In this document: positions 28,755 to 38,399 of the stretch, one piece after another | Position numbering within the stretch: position 1 is the stretch's first letter | Layout: the number at the start of each line of letters is the position of its first letter | DNA from: an uncultured delta proteobacterium | GTDB lineage: Bacteria; Desulfobacterota; BSN033; UBA1163 | Length of the DNA stretch: 64,000 bases | NCBI GenBank assembly: GCA_963708295.1 | Contig: CAVPSJ010000008.1 | Location: forward strand, 192,001-256,000 | Reading direction: 5' to 3' | Made by a program: the position numbers and the translations under genes | Notes under the pieces: generated by a model | The model's database searches: none | Told to the model about the DNA's origin: nothing | What the model saw: only the letters and a program-made list of their open reading frames with translations

Positions 28755-29846
28755 GTGCTCAAAGTAGTGATCTTGTATAATCTTTTTGAACGACTCCGGA
28801 AAGGGGAGGAAAAGGATATCCTGGCAGAGGGGGCGATCGTCGAGGAGATCGAAGCCGTAGAAAGCGCAGTCCGATCTCTCGGCCATCAATGCGCGGTGAT
28901 CGCCGTTCGTGATGAAATTTTCCAGGTCATCCACTGGTTGAAAGAGTACCAACCTGATGTCGTCTTCAATCTATGCGAAAGTGTTTACGGGCATAGCTGC
29001 TGGGAGATGAATATCCCCGCTCTGTTGGATCTTTTTCGAATCCCCTACACCGGATCCTCTCCTCTAACGCTCGGGTTGTGTCAGGACAAAGGAAAGGTGA
29101 AAGACATTCTCCAGTCTCAAGGGATCCTGACCCCTCGCTATCGAATCTTCGAGCGGGCCGTGAGTTCCGTGAAGGAGAGCATCTTTCCGACCATCGTCAA
29201 GCCCCTTCATGAAGACGGGAGTCTTGGAATTTCGAGAGAGAGCGTGGTCTATGACGATGAGGCCCTGATCAAGCAGATTCGATATGTGATCGACCAGTAT
29301 CAGCAGCCTGCCCTCGTGGAGGAATTCGTCGAGGGTAGGGAGCTGAATGTGGGTTTGATAGAGACCAATGGCAAGGTGGGGACCCTTCCCATTTCGGAAA
29401 TTGACTACTCCGAGTTTCCGGAGGGGATTCCCAGGATATGCGGATACGAGGCCAAATGGGTCACCGAGAGCCCCGAGTATCAGAAATCAATACCCATCTG
29501 CCCTGCCCCCCTGGGGGGGATAGTGAAAAAGAGGGTCGAACATATCGGGATCAGGGTTTTTAAACTATTCGGATGCCGGGATTATGCCAGAGTGGATCTC
29601 CGCATCGACCGGGATGGGAAGATCTATGTGTTGGAAGTCAATCCCAACCCGGATATCTCCCCTCAATCCGGGATGGCCAGAGCCCTCAAAGTTCAGGGGA
29701 TTACCTACATGGGGTTCGTCGGAAACCTGATCGAGAGAGCGCTCCGAAGAAAAGACGGGGAAATAAGGAGACAGGGAGACGGGGAGGTGAGCCAAGGCAA
29801 AAAAGTCATTCGCAATTTTCCAACACGGCGGAGCCAAAGCCAATAA
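28755..29846 (+). CDS. D-Ala-D-Ala ligase-like ATP-grasp protein 2
   Basis: Motifs VFNLCE, PYTGS, KPLHEDGSLGI, EEFVEGRE, YEAKW, RVDLR and EVNPNP. Confidence 0.85.
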   Translation: MLKVVILYNLFERLRKGEEKDILAEGAIVEEIEAVESAVRSLGHQCAVIAVRDEIFQVIHWLKEYQPDVVFNLCESVYGHSCWEMNIPALLDLFRIPYTGSSPLTLGLCQDKGKVKDILQSQGILTPRYRIFERAVSSVKESIFPTIVKPLHEDGSLGISRESVVYDDEALIKQIRYVIDQYQQPALVEEFVEGRELNVGLIETNGKVGTLPISEIDYSEFPEGIPRICGYEAKWVTESPEYQKSIPICPAPLGGIVKKRVEHIGIRVFKLFGCRDYARVDLRIDRDGKIYVLEVNPNPDISPQSGMARALKVQGITYMGFVGNLIERALRRKDGEIRRQGDGEVSQGKKVIRNFPTRRSQSQ

Positions 29847-29922
29847 GAATTGATCGTTCAGAAGATTCGGTATCCGATACCCTACCGCCCAATCTCTCCT
29901 CACCCCATCCACTAGTAGAAAA

Positions 29923-31104
29923 ATGAATACTTTTCCCAGGATCGTTTTGAAGAAAGGCAAAGAGAAGCCGGTGCTCCGGGGGCACCCGTGGATCTTCTCC
30001 GGAGCCGTCGCCAAGGTAGAAGGTGAAGTCTCGCCTGGTGAGGTCGGAGAGGTTTATTCCCAGGGGGGACAGTTCTTAGGGCGGGGACATATCAACCCCC
30101 GCTCCCAGATCATCGTGCGCCTCCTGACGCAAAAAAAGGAGGAATTAGGAGAAAGTTTTTTCAGGGAGCGGGTTTCGAGAGCAGTCGCTTTAAGGAAAGA
30201 CTGGTCGAGAGGAAAAACGAATGCCTATCGGGTCATCAACGGAGAGGGAGATTTCCTCCCGGGGTTGATTGTGGACCGTTACGGGGAGAGCCTTGTTCTC
30301 CAATGTTTGACAGCCGGGATGGACCGGTTGAAAGAGATCTTCATTCCTTTGCTGGCAAAAGAATTGCGTCCCCGGAGTATCTATGAGAGAAGCGATGTGG
30401 CGACGAGGAGCGAGGAGGGGCTGACCGAGAGCAGCGGCCTTCTTTACGGCAAGGACATTCCGGAATGGATCGAGATTGAAGAACAGGGCTGCCGTTTTAG
30501 GGTCAACGTGAAAAAGGGGCAAAAAACCGGGTTCTATTTGGATCAGAAAGAAAATCGCTTTTCTTTGAGAGAATTTTCAAAAGAAAAGAAGATTTTGGAT
30601 TGTTTCTCTTATACAGGGGCTTTTTCCATTCACGCGGGATCAGGAGGCGCAAAGGATTTCACACTCATCGATTCCTCTCAGGAGGCTCTGGCGATCGCAG
30701 AGGAACATTTCCGGCTAAATCAACTGGAGAAAATTCCCCATCGATTGATTCGAGGAGACGTGTTTGAGGTGATAAGAGGCATTGACCCCGGGTACGATAT
30801 CGTGATTCTCGATCCTCCTCCCTTTGCCAAAAAGAAGGGCCATCTTCCAGGAGCCTCGAAAGGCTATAAAGATCTCAATCTCTGGGCCTTTCGTTTGCTC
30901 AATCAGGAAGGTCTCCTCTTTACCTTCTCTTGCTCTCACCATATGAACTGGGACCTCTTTCAGAAAATTGTTTTCTCCGCGGCCTTGGATTCAGGGAAAA
31001 GCGTCCAGCTTGCAGGTCGAATGGGACATCCCTGGGATCATCCCGTCAATCTATCCCACCCCGAAGGAGAGTATCTCAGAGGCCTGATCTGCAGAGTGGT
31101 GTGA
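29923..31104 (+). CDS. rlmI: 23S rRNA m5C1962 methyltransferase-like
   Basis: PUA-type N-terminus GHPWIFSG; GQKTGFYLDQ, LDCFSYTG, LDPPPF and TFSCS. Confidence 0.88.
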   Translation: MNTFPRIVLKKGKEKPVLRGHPWIFSGAVAKVEGEVSPGEVGEVYSQGGQFLGRGHINPRSQIIVRLLTQKKEELGESFFRERVSRAVALRKDWSRGKTNAYRVINGEGDFLPGLIVDRYGESLVLQCLTAGMDRLKEIFIPLLAKELRPRSIYERSDVATRSEEGLTESSGLLYGKDIPEWIEIEEQGCRFRVNVKKGQKTGFYLDQKENRFSLREFSKEKKILDCFSYTGAFSIHAGSGGAKDFTLIDSSQEALAIAEEHFRLNQLEKIPHRLIRGDVFEVIRGIDPGYDIVILDPPPFAKKKGHLPGASKGYKDLNLWAFRLLNQEGLLFTFSCSHHMNWDLFQKIVFSAALDSGKSVQLAGRMGHPWDHPVNLSHPEGEYLRGLICRVV

Positions 31105-31111
31105 CCAGGCG

Positions 31112-31335
31112 CAACCCCCATCCTCTTCCGTCGGGCGCCATAGTCCATGTGTTGACTACAACGTCATTACGACGGCTCTGGACTGCGGCGCCTAACCTCC
31201 CCCTAGAAGGGGGAGGAGAATAGCAACTTTCCTCCTCAGGAGAGGAACATAACGATTCCCCTCCCCATCAGGGGCATGAGAGGAACATAACGGTTTCTCT
31301 CCCCTTCAGGGGGAGGGGCAGGGTGGGGGTGGGGT
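31112..31335. repeat. Cluster of C-rich/G-rich REP-like hairpins
   Basis: CCTCCCCCTAGAAGGGGGAGG and CTCCCCTTCAGGGGGAG; related hairpins near 33775, 36385 and 48500. Confidence 0.6.
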
Positions 31336-31920
31336 TAATCAGAAGTCTATTCAATTGCCGACCGGTTAACGATTTATCCCTCTTTATGAAAGTGGGGCAC
31401 AGGAAGCTTTAGCTCGTCCCTTCCTTTTTTCAACCCGCTGAAATGTTACTTCTTTTTGAAATCATGTGTAATCAGGTTCTATAAATTTCAAATAATTCAA
31501 ATTCAAATTTTTTCTTGACATTTCAAAACGGTTTGCCTAAGATCTCCCACGGGTGAAATGGTGTAGGTTTTCCTGAACAGAATTTTGGTACACTTTTTTA
31601 TATATTAATCTCTGCCTGGCACGAGGAGGGCGTCGGGATGTAGGGATTAAAACGATAAAGCCTGGCATTTGTACGGATGCACAGGCTTTTTTTTGGAGAG
31701 AATGCAGCGTCGGCATTTAGTGGCGACGAATAATTGTTAGGTTCACTGAAAAATCGCCGTGAGGATTTCCAAGGATTCTCCTCCCTCTTGACGGGGGGGG
31801 GCGGTACGACTCGCAACCGAGGTGCGGATGGGGGCGAATAGGATTATTTCTTAGGCAATAAGTTACGGACACTAAACACTGACACCGTCATGCTGTTTTT
31901 GGAAATTCGGGAGGTGACCT

Positions 31921-32187
31921 ATGCGGTTTAAGAGAATAATTATGGTTTTGGCATTTGGGTTGCTCTTTGCGACCTCGACGTGGGCACAACCAGCTAACTG
32001 GGCGGTTTTTGTTCCCACCGGTGCTCAATATAATGGATCCGGCAGTGCCGATTTTTATAGTTATTATGTGAATAACCATTTTTTCTGTTCCTTGTGGGAT
32101 AAGTCGGGAATTGATCACTTTAATTGGACCTGTTGTCTGCAGATCTTCTTGCGGCTACAAGATTCTTTATTGGCGTCTTTAAAATAA
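31921..32187 (+). pseudogene. Signal-peptide-bearing ORF, probably a truncated exported protein
   Basis: RBS GGAGGTG; signal ending TWA-Q; the C-terminal part looks non-coding. Confidence 0.45.
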
Positions 32188-32280
32188 GCCTAGGCAACGG
32201 CGTAAGCATCCTGCAAATTTCAGGTTGGAGAAAACAGAAAAGTTAACTGAGAGATAGAGAAAAGGGAGGGATTGACATCC

Positions 32281-32415
32281 CTATTTCTCATTTTTTTTGA
32301 GATCCTGGAGTATTTTCGTGACGGAGGCCTGCAGAGTGGGTAAATCTTCATGGAGGGTCTTCCAGATCACCGCAAGATCCACGCCGAAATAATCATGGGT
32401 CACCTTATTTCGTGT
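32281..32415 (-). pseudogene. HepT/DUF86 RNase toxin 3' fragment
   Basis: RNKVTHDYFGVDLAVIW (HEPN RX4HXY motif) without its N-terminus. Confidence 0.75.
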
Positions 32416-32556
32416 CAGGTACACACTATTCACAGGTGGCATCCTAAAAGTTGGCCCGATCAGCAAAAAGAAGATGGGGAGATGAGGGGTAAAACCGCAT
32501 GGAGCATAGCGCAGAGAAGTCAAGAGGTTTACTGGGTTGAATTCTGGATAATGGGT

Positions 32557-32811
32557 TTATTTTGTATGGGCCTGAATACTCTTAACAATTAACATCCTGG
32601 CATAGGTCGTAGGAGGTAGGCCTTCTTTATCAGCAAGCTCTCTTAACCTCCTTATGAACTTAGGCTCCAGACGTAATGAAATGACTTCTTTCTTGGGTCG
32701 AACAAAAACCACATTTTTGGTTATCTTGAAGTCATCGTGATAATCCGTTGAATCATGGGTATCCCAAAATTCCCTTTCTTCTTTTAAACTTTTAAATTTT
32801 GGCACTTTCAT
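32557..32811 (-). CDS. CopG/BrnA-type antitoxin
   Basis: PKFKSLKEEREFWDTHDSTDY plus ribbon-helix-helix ISLRL...LADKEGL. Confidence 0.85.
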   Translation of the reverse strand: MKVPKFKSLKEEREFWDTHDSTDYHDDFKITKNVVFVRPKKEVISLRLEPKFIRRLRELADKEGLPPTTYARMLIVKSIQAHTK

Positions 32812-33083
32812 TCTTTCCTCCTTCTATGAAATCGCTTTTCCTTTTCGGTCATGTCTCTGGCAGTAATGATTTTTGTTTTTTTATATTTTGAGGCCCACAC
32901 GATGAATAATAGCCGCCCTCCATGAGTTTTTCCATAAGCAAGATATTTGCCTTCTTTTCCCCGCATCATAAGTGGTGTGTCTACATCATTAAACAATACC
33001 TCTTCAACCTCTTCCGGTGAAACCAGGTGATTAGAAATATGATCAACTGTTTCCTGATCCCATGAGATTTTTTCTATTTTCAA
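32808..33083 (-). CDS. BrnT family toxin
   Basis: WD...H.VSPEEVEEV, GKTHGGRLLFIV and IITARDM; overlaps the antitoxin start. Confidence 0.85.
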   Translation of the reverse strand: MKIEKISWDQETVDHISNHLVSPEEVEEVLFNDVDTPLMMRGKEGKYLAYGKTHGGRLLFIVWASKYKKTKIITARDMTEKEKRFHRRRKE

Positions 33084-33505
33084 GATATCCTCGATTTGTT
33101 AATAATGTAATACATTTTTAATAAATAATCAAATGATTGTCAAGCCGAAATAAAGACAAAGAGTTAGCCTTGAAACAAAATTTTGGGGTCACCCAAGCTG
33201 AAGAAGAACGGGGCGAGCGGAAGAAAAACGTAGTTGAAAAGTAACACTTTTCCCCCTCTGCTTCAAAGGATTCCGGGGTGTTGCAATATTACATTTACGA
33301 GCGGGTGTCATCTATAAGAAAGTCGGGAATAGTCAAGGGGGGCGTCCATAAAATTATAAGAATCTTAAAAGGGATTTAGGTCATCCATAAATAAGTCGGC
33401 CCGATCAGCAAAAAGAAGACGGGGAGATCAGGTGTTGGAGAGAGGGGGGCCAATTCTGGGTGGGTTCAACAACAGTTCATAGCCATCAGGAGGGAAGTAA
33501 AATAT

Positions 33506-33732
33506 TTATTTTTTCTTACGTAGGGGTTTGGCGAGATAATATCGAGGCCGACAAATCTTCACGCCATTTATGGTCTGTCCAAAATATTTTCCAAAATGGG
33601 TCGAGTCGCCTGTGATCAGATAATCGGCTTTAATTGAGATAGCAGCCATGAGCACTGGTCGATCTTTCTCTGGCAAATCAATAGGGCAGGGGAGGGTAGG
33701 ATCGACTTCGAAGACGACCTTTGGCGACGTAC
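33506..33732 (-). pseudogene. PIN-domain protein 3' fragment
   Basis: LPEKDRPVLMAAI...ADYLITGD; the 5' end is replaced by the MITE at 33733. Confidence 0.7.
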
Positions 33733-33883
33733 TTACTAAGGAGTCCATAATAAAGAAGACATATGCTTCAGAAAATCTCCCCTCGCCCCTCTTTGCCAAA
33801 GAGGGGTAATTCCTCCCTTTTGTAAAGGGAGGGAAGGAGGGATTTAGTCTCCAATGTCCATATAATTATGGACTGATTAATAA
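33733..33883. mobile_element. MITE-like element with terminal inverted repeats
   Basis: TTACTAAGGAGTCCATAAT ... ATTATGGACTGATTAATAA around CCCCTCTTTG/CAAAGAGGGG hairpins. Confidence 0.6.
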
Positions 33884-33889
33884 CTCCTT

Positions 33890-34005
33890 TATCCAGGTGG
33901 CTGGATCCATAAGAGGCTTTGGTGTCGTCAAAAAAACTGTCTGGCTTTGGCTGTTGCTTCCAGGATGTTCTCAAGGGAGTCGGTATATTCATGGTTGGAA
34001 TTCAT
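33890..34005 (-). pseudogene. HepT/DUF86 5' fragment
   Basis: An alternative frame reads HEYTDSLENILEATAKARQFF, like DUF86 N-termini, directly after the MNT gene. Confidence 0.55.
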
Positions 34006-34337
34006 ACCGGCTGGGCCTCTTCCGGGATATGACGGCCCATAGCCGGCTTCCAAGCACTCTTCATAACAAGGTCAACCTTGATATTTAAGAGTCCGCTGAG
34101 GTAGCGCTCAAGCCGAACGAACTCAAAAAGGGAAGGCACACGGTGAAACTCCACAAGAACATCCAAGTCGCTATGTTTCCGCTGCTCGCTCCGTAAGTAA
34201 GATCCGAATAGCCAAATCTCACTCACTCCATGATGTTCACGCAATTCAGGCAGGTGTTCCTGTAAGGTTTGGAAGACCTTCTTACGTTGAATTGGTGGGC
34301 GCCGCTCATTGTTTCTTAAAGTTCCATTCTGTTTCAT
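34002..34337 (-). CDS. Minimal nucleotidyltransferase (MntA-type antitoxin)
   Basis: LFGSY.R.EQ...SDLDVLVEF and KVDLV. Confidence 0.85.
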   Translation of the reverse strand: MKQNGTLRNNERRPPIQRKKVFQTLQEHLPELREHHGVSEIWLFGSYLRSEQRKHSDLDVLVEFHRVPSLFEFVRLERYLSGLLNIKVDLVMKSAWKPAMGRHIPEEAQPV

Positions 34338-34576
34338 AGCTACTTTCTCTCTGTAACTTTAGTAAAGTCAAACTAATTTTATTCCTGTTTTATTATTTGA
34401 GCAACCAAATTTAAATAGCTTGCGGTCTGTAAGTCCTTGACCAATCTGCTGTATTTAGTTAATATTAATTTTTATATTATAAACTGTGTTGGTGAACCGC
34501 GATCGAACCCCTTTCGCCTATCACCGCCACCCATGACCTATATCTATTACGAATTCCAATGAGCGAGTCACGAACG

Positions 34577-36365
34577 ATGATCGATTTTCTGGGAGACTTA
34601 AAGAGAACAGGTTATTGCGGGGATCTCACTAAGAGGGATGTAAACAAAGAGGTTGTTCTGCTGGGATGGGTTCAGCGAAGAAGAGATCTCGGGGGGCTCA
34701 TCTTCATTGAACTGAGGGATCGGCAGGGAATGGCCCAGGTGGTCTTCAACCCGGGGATCAATCCTGAGGCCCATGAGAAGGCACAATCCGTCAGAAGCGA
34801 ATATGTCCTGGCCGTTGAAGGGACCGTGGTCATGAGGCCGGAAGGCACGGCCAATCCAAAAATAAGCACAGGAGAAATTGAAGTCATTGCAAAGGAACTG
34901 AAGATCCTGAATGTCTCCAAAACCCCTCCCTTCCAGATCGATGATGAGGAAGAGGTGGCGGAGAATACTCGCCTGAAGTATAGATATCTGGATTTGAGAA
35001 GACCGGGGCTCCAGAAGAATCTGATCCTGCGTCACAAGGTTGCCAAGGAAGTTCGCAATTACTTTGATCGCTTGGGGTTCTTGGAAGTTGAAACCCCGAT
35101 GCTTACCAAGAGCACCCCCGAGGGAGCGAGAGACTTTCTGGTTCCCAGCCGGCTTACCCCGGGCCATTTTTACGCGCTGCCCCAGTCTCCCCAGCTTTTT
35201 AAGCAAATCCTGATGGTCTCAGGGTTTGACCGGTACTTTCAGATCGTACGGTGTTTCCGGGATGAAGACCTTCGCTCGGATCGCCAGCCCGAGTTCACCC
35301 AGATCGATGTGGAGATGTCGTTTGTCACGGTGCAGGATATCCGGAATACGATGGAAGGGCTGATGGCCCATATTTTTAAAGAGGTTTTGGACATCACCCT
35401 GGAACTTCCCTTTCCGGTCTTGAGTTATGATGAGGCGATGGGTCGTTATGGGGCCGACAAGCCTGATACCCGATTCGGAATGGAATTGAGAGAGGTGACG
35501 GAGCCGTTGAAAAATTCCTCCTTCCAGGTATTCAGGGATACGGCAGGCGCAAAGGGTATCATCAAGGCGATCAACGTGAAAGGAGGAAGTACTTTTTCAC
35601 GGAAGGAGATTGAGGACCTCACCCATTATGTCCAGAACTTCGGGGCAAAGGGTTTGATCTCGGCAAAAGTAGGCCCGGACGGATGGCAATCTTCGATTCA
35701 GAAGTTTATCACGGAGGGAGAGAAGAAAGGCGGTGGACGATGTCCTGGAGGCCCGGGAGGACGATCTTCTTCTTTTCGTGGCCGGACCGTCGAAAATGGT
35801 CAATCAATCCCTGGCCAACCTTCGCCTTCATCTCGGCGAGAAGATGGGACTCATTCCCAAAGATCAATACCGGTTTGTCTGGATCCTTGACTTTCCACTT
35901 CTGGAGTATGACGAAAATGAGAAGCGTTATGTGGCGGTTCATCATCCTTTTACCGCTCCCAAGGATGAGGATATCCCGAAGCTGAAGGATCATCCGGAAT
36001 GGGTCAAGGCCAAGGCTTATGACCTGGTGTTGAACGGTTCGGAAATCGGGGGAGGGAGTATTCGAAATCATCTGAGGGAGGTGCAGTCGCTCCTCTTTGA
36101 AAAATTGGGGATGGGAGAAGAAGAGGCCAGAGAAAGGTTCGGATTCTTGTTGGAAGCGCTCGAATACGGGACTCCTCCTCACGGCGGGATTGCCTTCGGG
36201 TTGGATCGGCTCGCCATGATTCTCAGCCATTCGGAGTCGATACGGGATGTCATTGCCTTTCCGAAAACCCAGAAAGGCACCTGTTTGATGACCGATGCGC
36301 CTTCGAGGGTGGACTCCAAACAGCTGGATGAGCTCTGGATTAAAGTGAAAGAGGTTAAGGCATAA
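34577..36365 (+). CDS. aspS: Aspartate-tRNA ligase; one frameshift near 35730
   Basis: Motifs [59 protein letters not shown] and PPHGG. Confidence 0.95.
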
Positions 36366-36431
36366 GAACAAAAAGTTAAGACCCCTCATCCCGTCCCTCT
36401 CCCAGGGGGAGAGGGGAAGCAAGGAGAAAAT

Positions 36432-38246
36432 ATGAGCATTGGACGCAGGAAGAGACCGTTCCAGAGCAAACACGCCGTAGAGCTTTATCCCCTATTGGAC
36501 ACCCAGGAACCAAACCTCTATCGAAATGTCTTTCCCTACGAAGAGGTTTGCCGGGTCACATTTGACAATAAGTTTGTCTATTCCGATCCGGCGGAAGAGA
36601 TCTTCATCACCGATACGACTTTCCGGGATGGGCAACAGGCCAGGCCTCCATACACCGTCGAGCAGATTATTGACCTCTATGACATGCTTCATAAGCTGGG
36701 GGGCACCAACGGAGTGATCCGGCAATGTGAATTCTTCTTGTATTCCGACAGGGACAAAGAGGCGGTGAGGAAGTGTCAGGAGAGGAATCACCGCTACCCG
36801 GAGATTACAGGTTGGATCCGGGCGGTGAAGGAAGATTTCAAGCTGGTGAAAGAAATGGGGTTGAAGGAAACGGGCATTCTCACCTCCGTGTCGGACTACC
36901 ATATCTTTTTAAAACTGAAGAAAAATCGAAGGGCGGTCATGAGGGAGTATCTCTCGATTGTTTCTGCGGCACTGGACCTCGGAATCATTCCCCGGTGCCA
37001 TTTTGAGGATGTGACCCGCGCGGATATTTACGGGTTCTGCGTTCCTTTCGCTCAGGATATCATGCGTCTTTCTGAAGAGGCCAAACTTCCCATCAAGATT
37101 CGGCTTTGCGATACCATGGGTTATGGAGTGCCCTATCCCAGCGCCGCGCTTCCCCGTTGCGTTCCCAAGATCGTCCGGGCGATGATTGACGATGCGGGCG
37201 TTCCTTCCGAATACCTGGAATGGCATGGCCACAATGATTTTCATAAAGCATTCATCAACGCCACGACGTCCTGGCTTTATGGATGTGCTGCCGCCAACGG
37301 GACACTCCTCGGTTTTGGAGAACGAACCGGGAACCCGCCCATCGAGGGCCTGGTCATCGAATATATCAGTTTGATGGGACAGAACAACGGTGTCGATACG
37401 ACGATGATCACAGAAATCCGGAACTACCTGGAGCGGGCGGTCGGTGTTCCTATCCCTCCGAATATGCCCCTGGTGGGAGCCAATTTTAATTCGACGAGCG
37501 CCGGGATTCATGCGGACGGGATCCTGAAAAACGAAGAGATTTACAATATTTTCAATACGGCCAAGATCCTCAACCGCCCCATCTCCATTTCGGTCAACGA
37601 TAAGTCCGGACTGGCAGGGATTGCCCAGTGGATCAACTCCCATTTTGTTTTGACCGGAAAGGATCGGGTCGAAAAGACCCATCCTGGAGTGGCCAAGATC
37701 AATCGGTGGGTCACCAAACAATACGAGGAAGGCAGGACGACGTCCATCTCGGACCTGGAAATGGAGAAGGTGACCCGGAAGTATCTTCCTGAGGCTTTCG
37801 TTTCTGAGTTTGACATCCTCAAGGCAAGGGCCCATGAGATGGCCGCGCATATTATTGAGCGGGTGATTGAAGAATCCGGGATGAAAGCCATGACGGCTGA
37901 GCAGATGGAGCCGATTCTACAGTCGCTGGTGGACGAATATCCTTACATTCAGTTCGCCTACGTTGTGAATATGCAAGGGACAAAGGTCACCCGAAACATC
38001 TGCCAGGCGGTGGACCAGGCCAAATATGAGCATGTGGGAATGGGAGAAAATTATTCGAACCGCTCCTGGTTCATCGAACCCCTGAAAGACGGCAAAGTTC
38101 ATGTCACGGACCTCTACTCTTCAAAAATCACAGGGGCTCTCTGTATCACGGTCTCGGGACCCATCCGGAATGAGGTGGGGGAGATCAAAGGGATCCTGGG
38201 TTTAGATATCCGATTTGAAGACCTGACCAAAAGCGAGCAAGGCTAG
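36432..38246 (+). CDS. Re-citrate synthase-like (DRE-TIM) with C-terminal Cache/PDC-like domain
   Basis: ITDTTFRDGQQA, SVSDYHIF, RCHFED, CDTMG, EWHGHND and GERTGN; tail RSWF...TDLYSS.ITG..CITVS.PI....GILGLD. Confidence 0.78.
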   Translation: MSIGRRKRPFQSKHAVELYPLLDTQEPNLYRNVFPYEEVCRVTFDNKFVYSDPAEEIFITDTTFRDGQQARPPYTVEQIIDLYDMLHKLGGTNGVIRQCEFFLYSDRDKEAVRKCQERNHRYPEITGWIRAVKEDFKLVKEMGLKETGILTSVSDYHIFLKLKKNRRAVMREYLSIVSAALDLGIIPRCHFEDVTRADIYGFCVPFAQDIMRLSEEAKLPIKIRLCDTMGYGVPYPSAALPRCVPKIVRAMIDDAGVPSEYLEWHGHNDFHKAFINATTSWLYGCAAANGTLLGFGERTGNPPIEGLVIEYISLMGQNNGVDTTMITEIRNYLERAVGVPIPPNMPLVGANFNSTSAGIHADGILKNEEIYNIFNTAKILNRPISISVNDKSGLAGIAQWINSHFVLTGKDRVEKTHPGVAKINRWVTKQYEEGRTTSISDLEMEKVTRKYLPEAFVSEFDILKARAHEMAAHIIERVIEESGMKAMTAEQMEPILQSLVDEYPYIQFAYVVNMQGTKVTRNICQAVDQAKYEHVGMGENYSNRSWFIEPLKDGKVHVTDLYSSKITGALCITVSGPIRNEVGEIKGILGLDIRFEDLTKSEQG

Positions 38247-38379
38247 TTTGACCGGAACGTGCCCCATCCCGACGTGTCGGGATAGGCCGGGTCAAGTCGA
38301 TTAGACCCGACCACGGGGGGCACAATATGAACGAAACTCCCTTCCCGGGAAGCCCCGCCCTTTGGGCGGGGAGCTTCAT
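38247..38379. mobile_element. Non-autonomous IS200/IS605-like palindromic element
   Basis: End hairpin GAAGCCCCGCCCTTTGGGCGGGGAGCTTCA plus nested palindromes; no ORF. Confidence 0.45.
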
Positions 38380-38399
38380 AGAAAGGAACAGAGAAGGAG

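Noticed and set aside
31610-31700. Riboswitch or sigma54 promoter ahead of the terminator-like hairpin at 31657-31694
   Set aside because: TGGCAC lacks the -12 TTGC and I recognise no aptamer; only the hairpin with its T run is evident.
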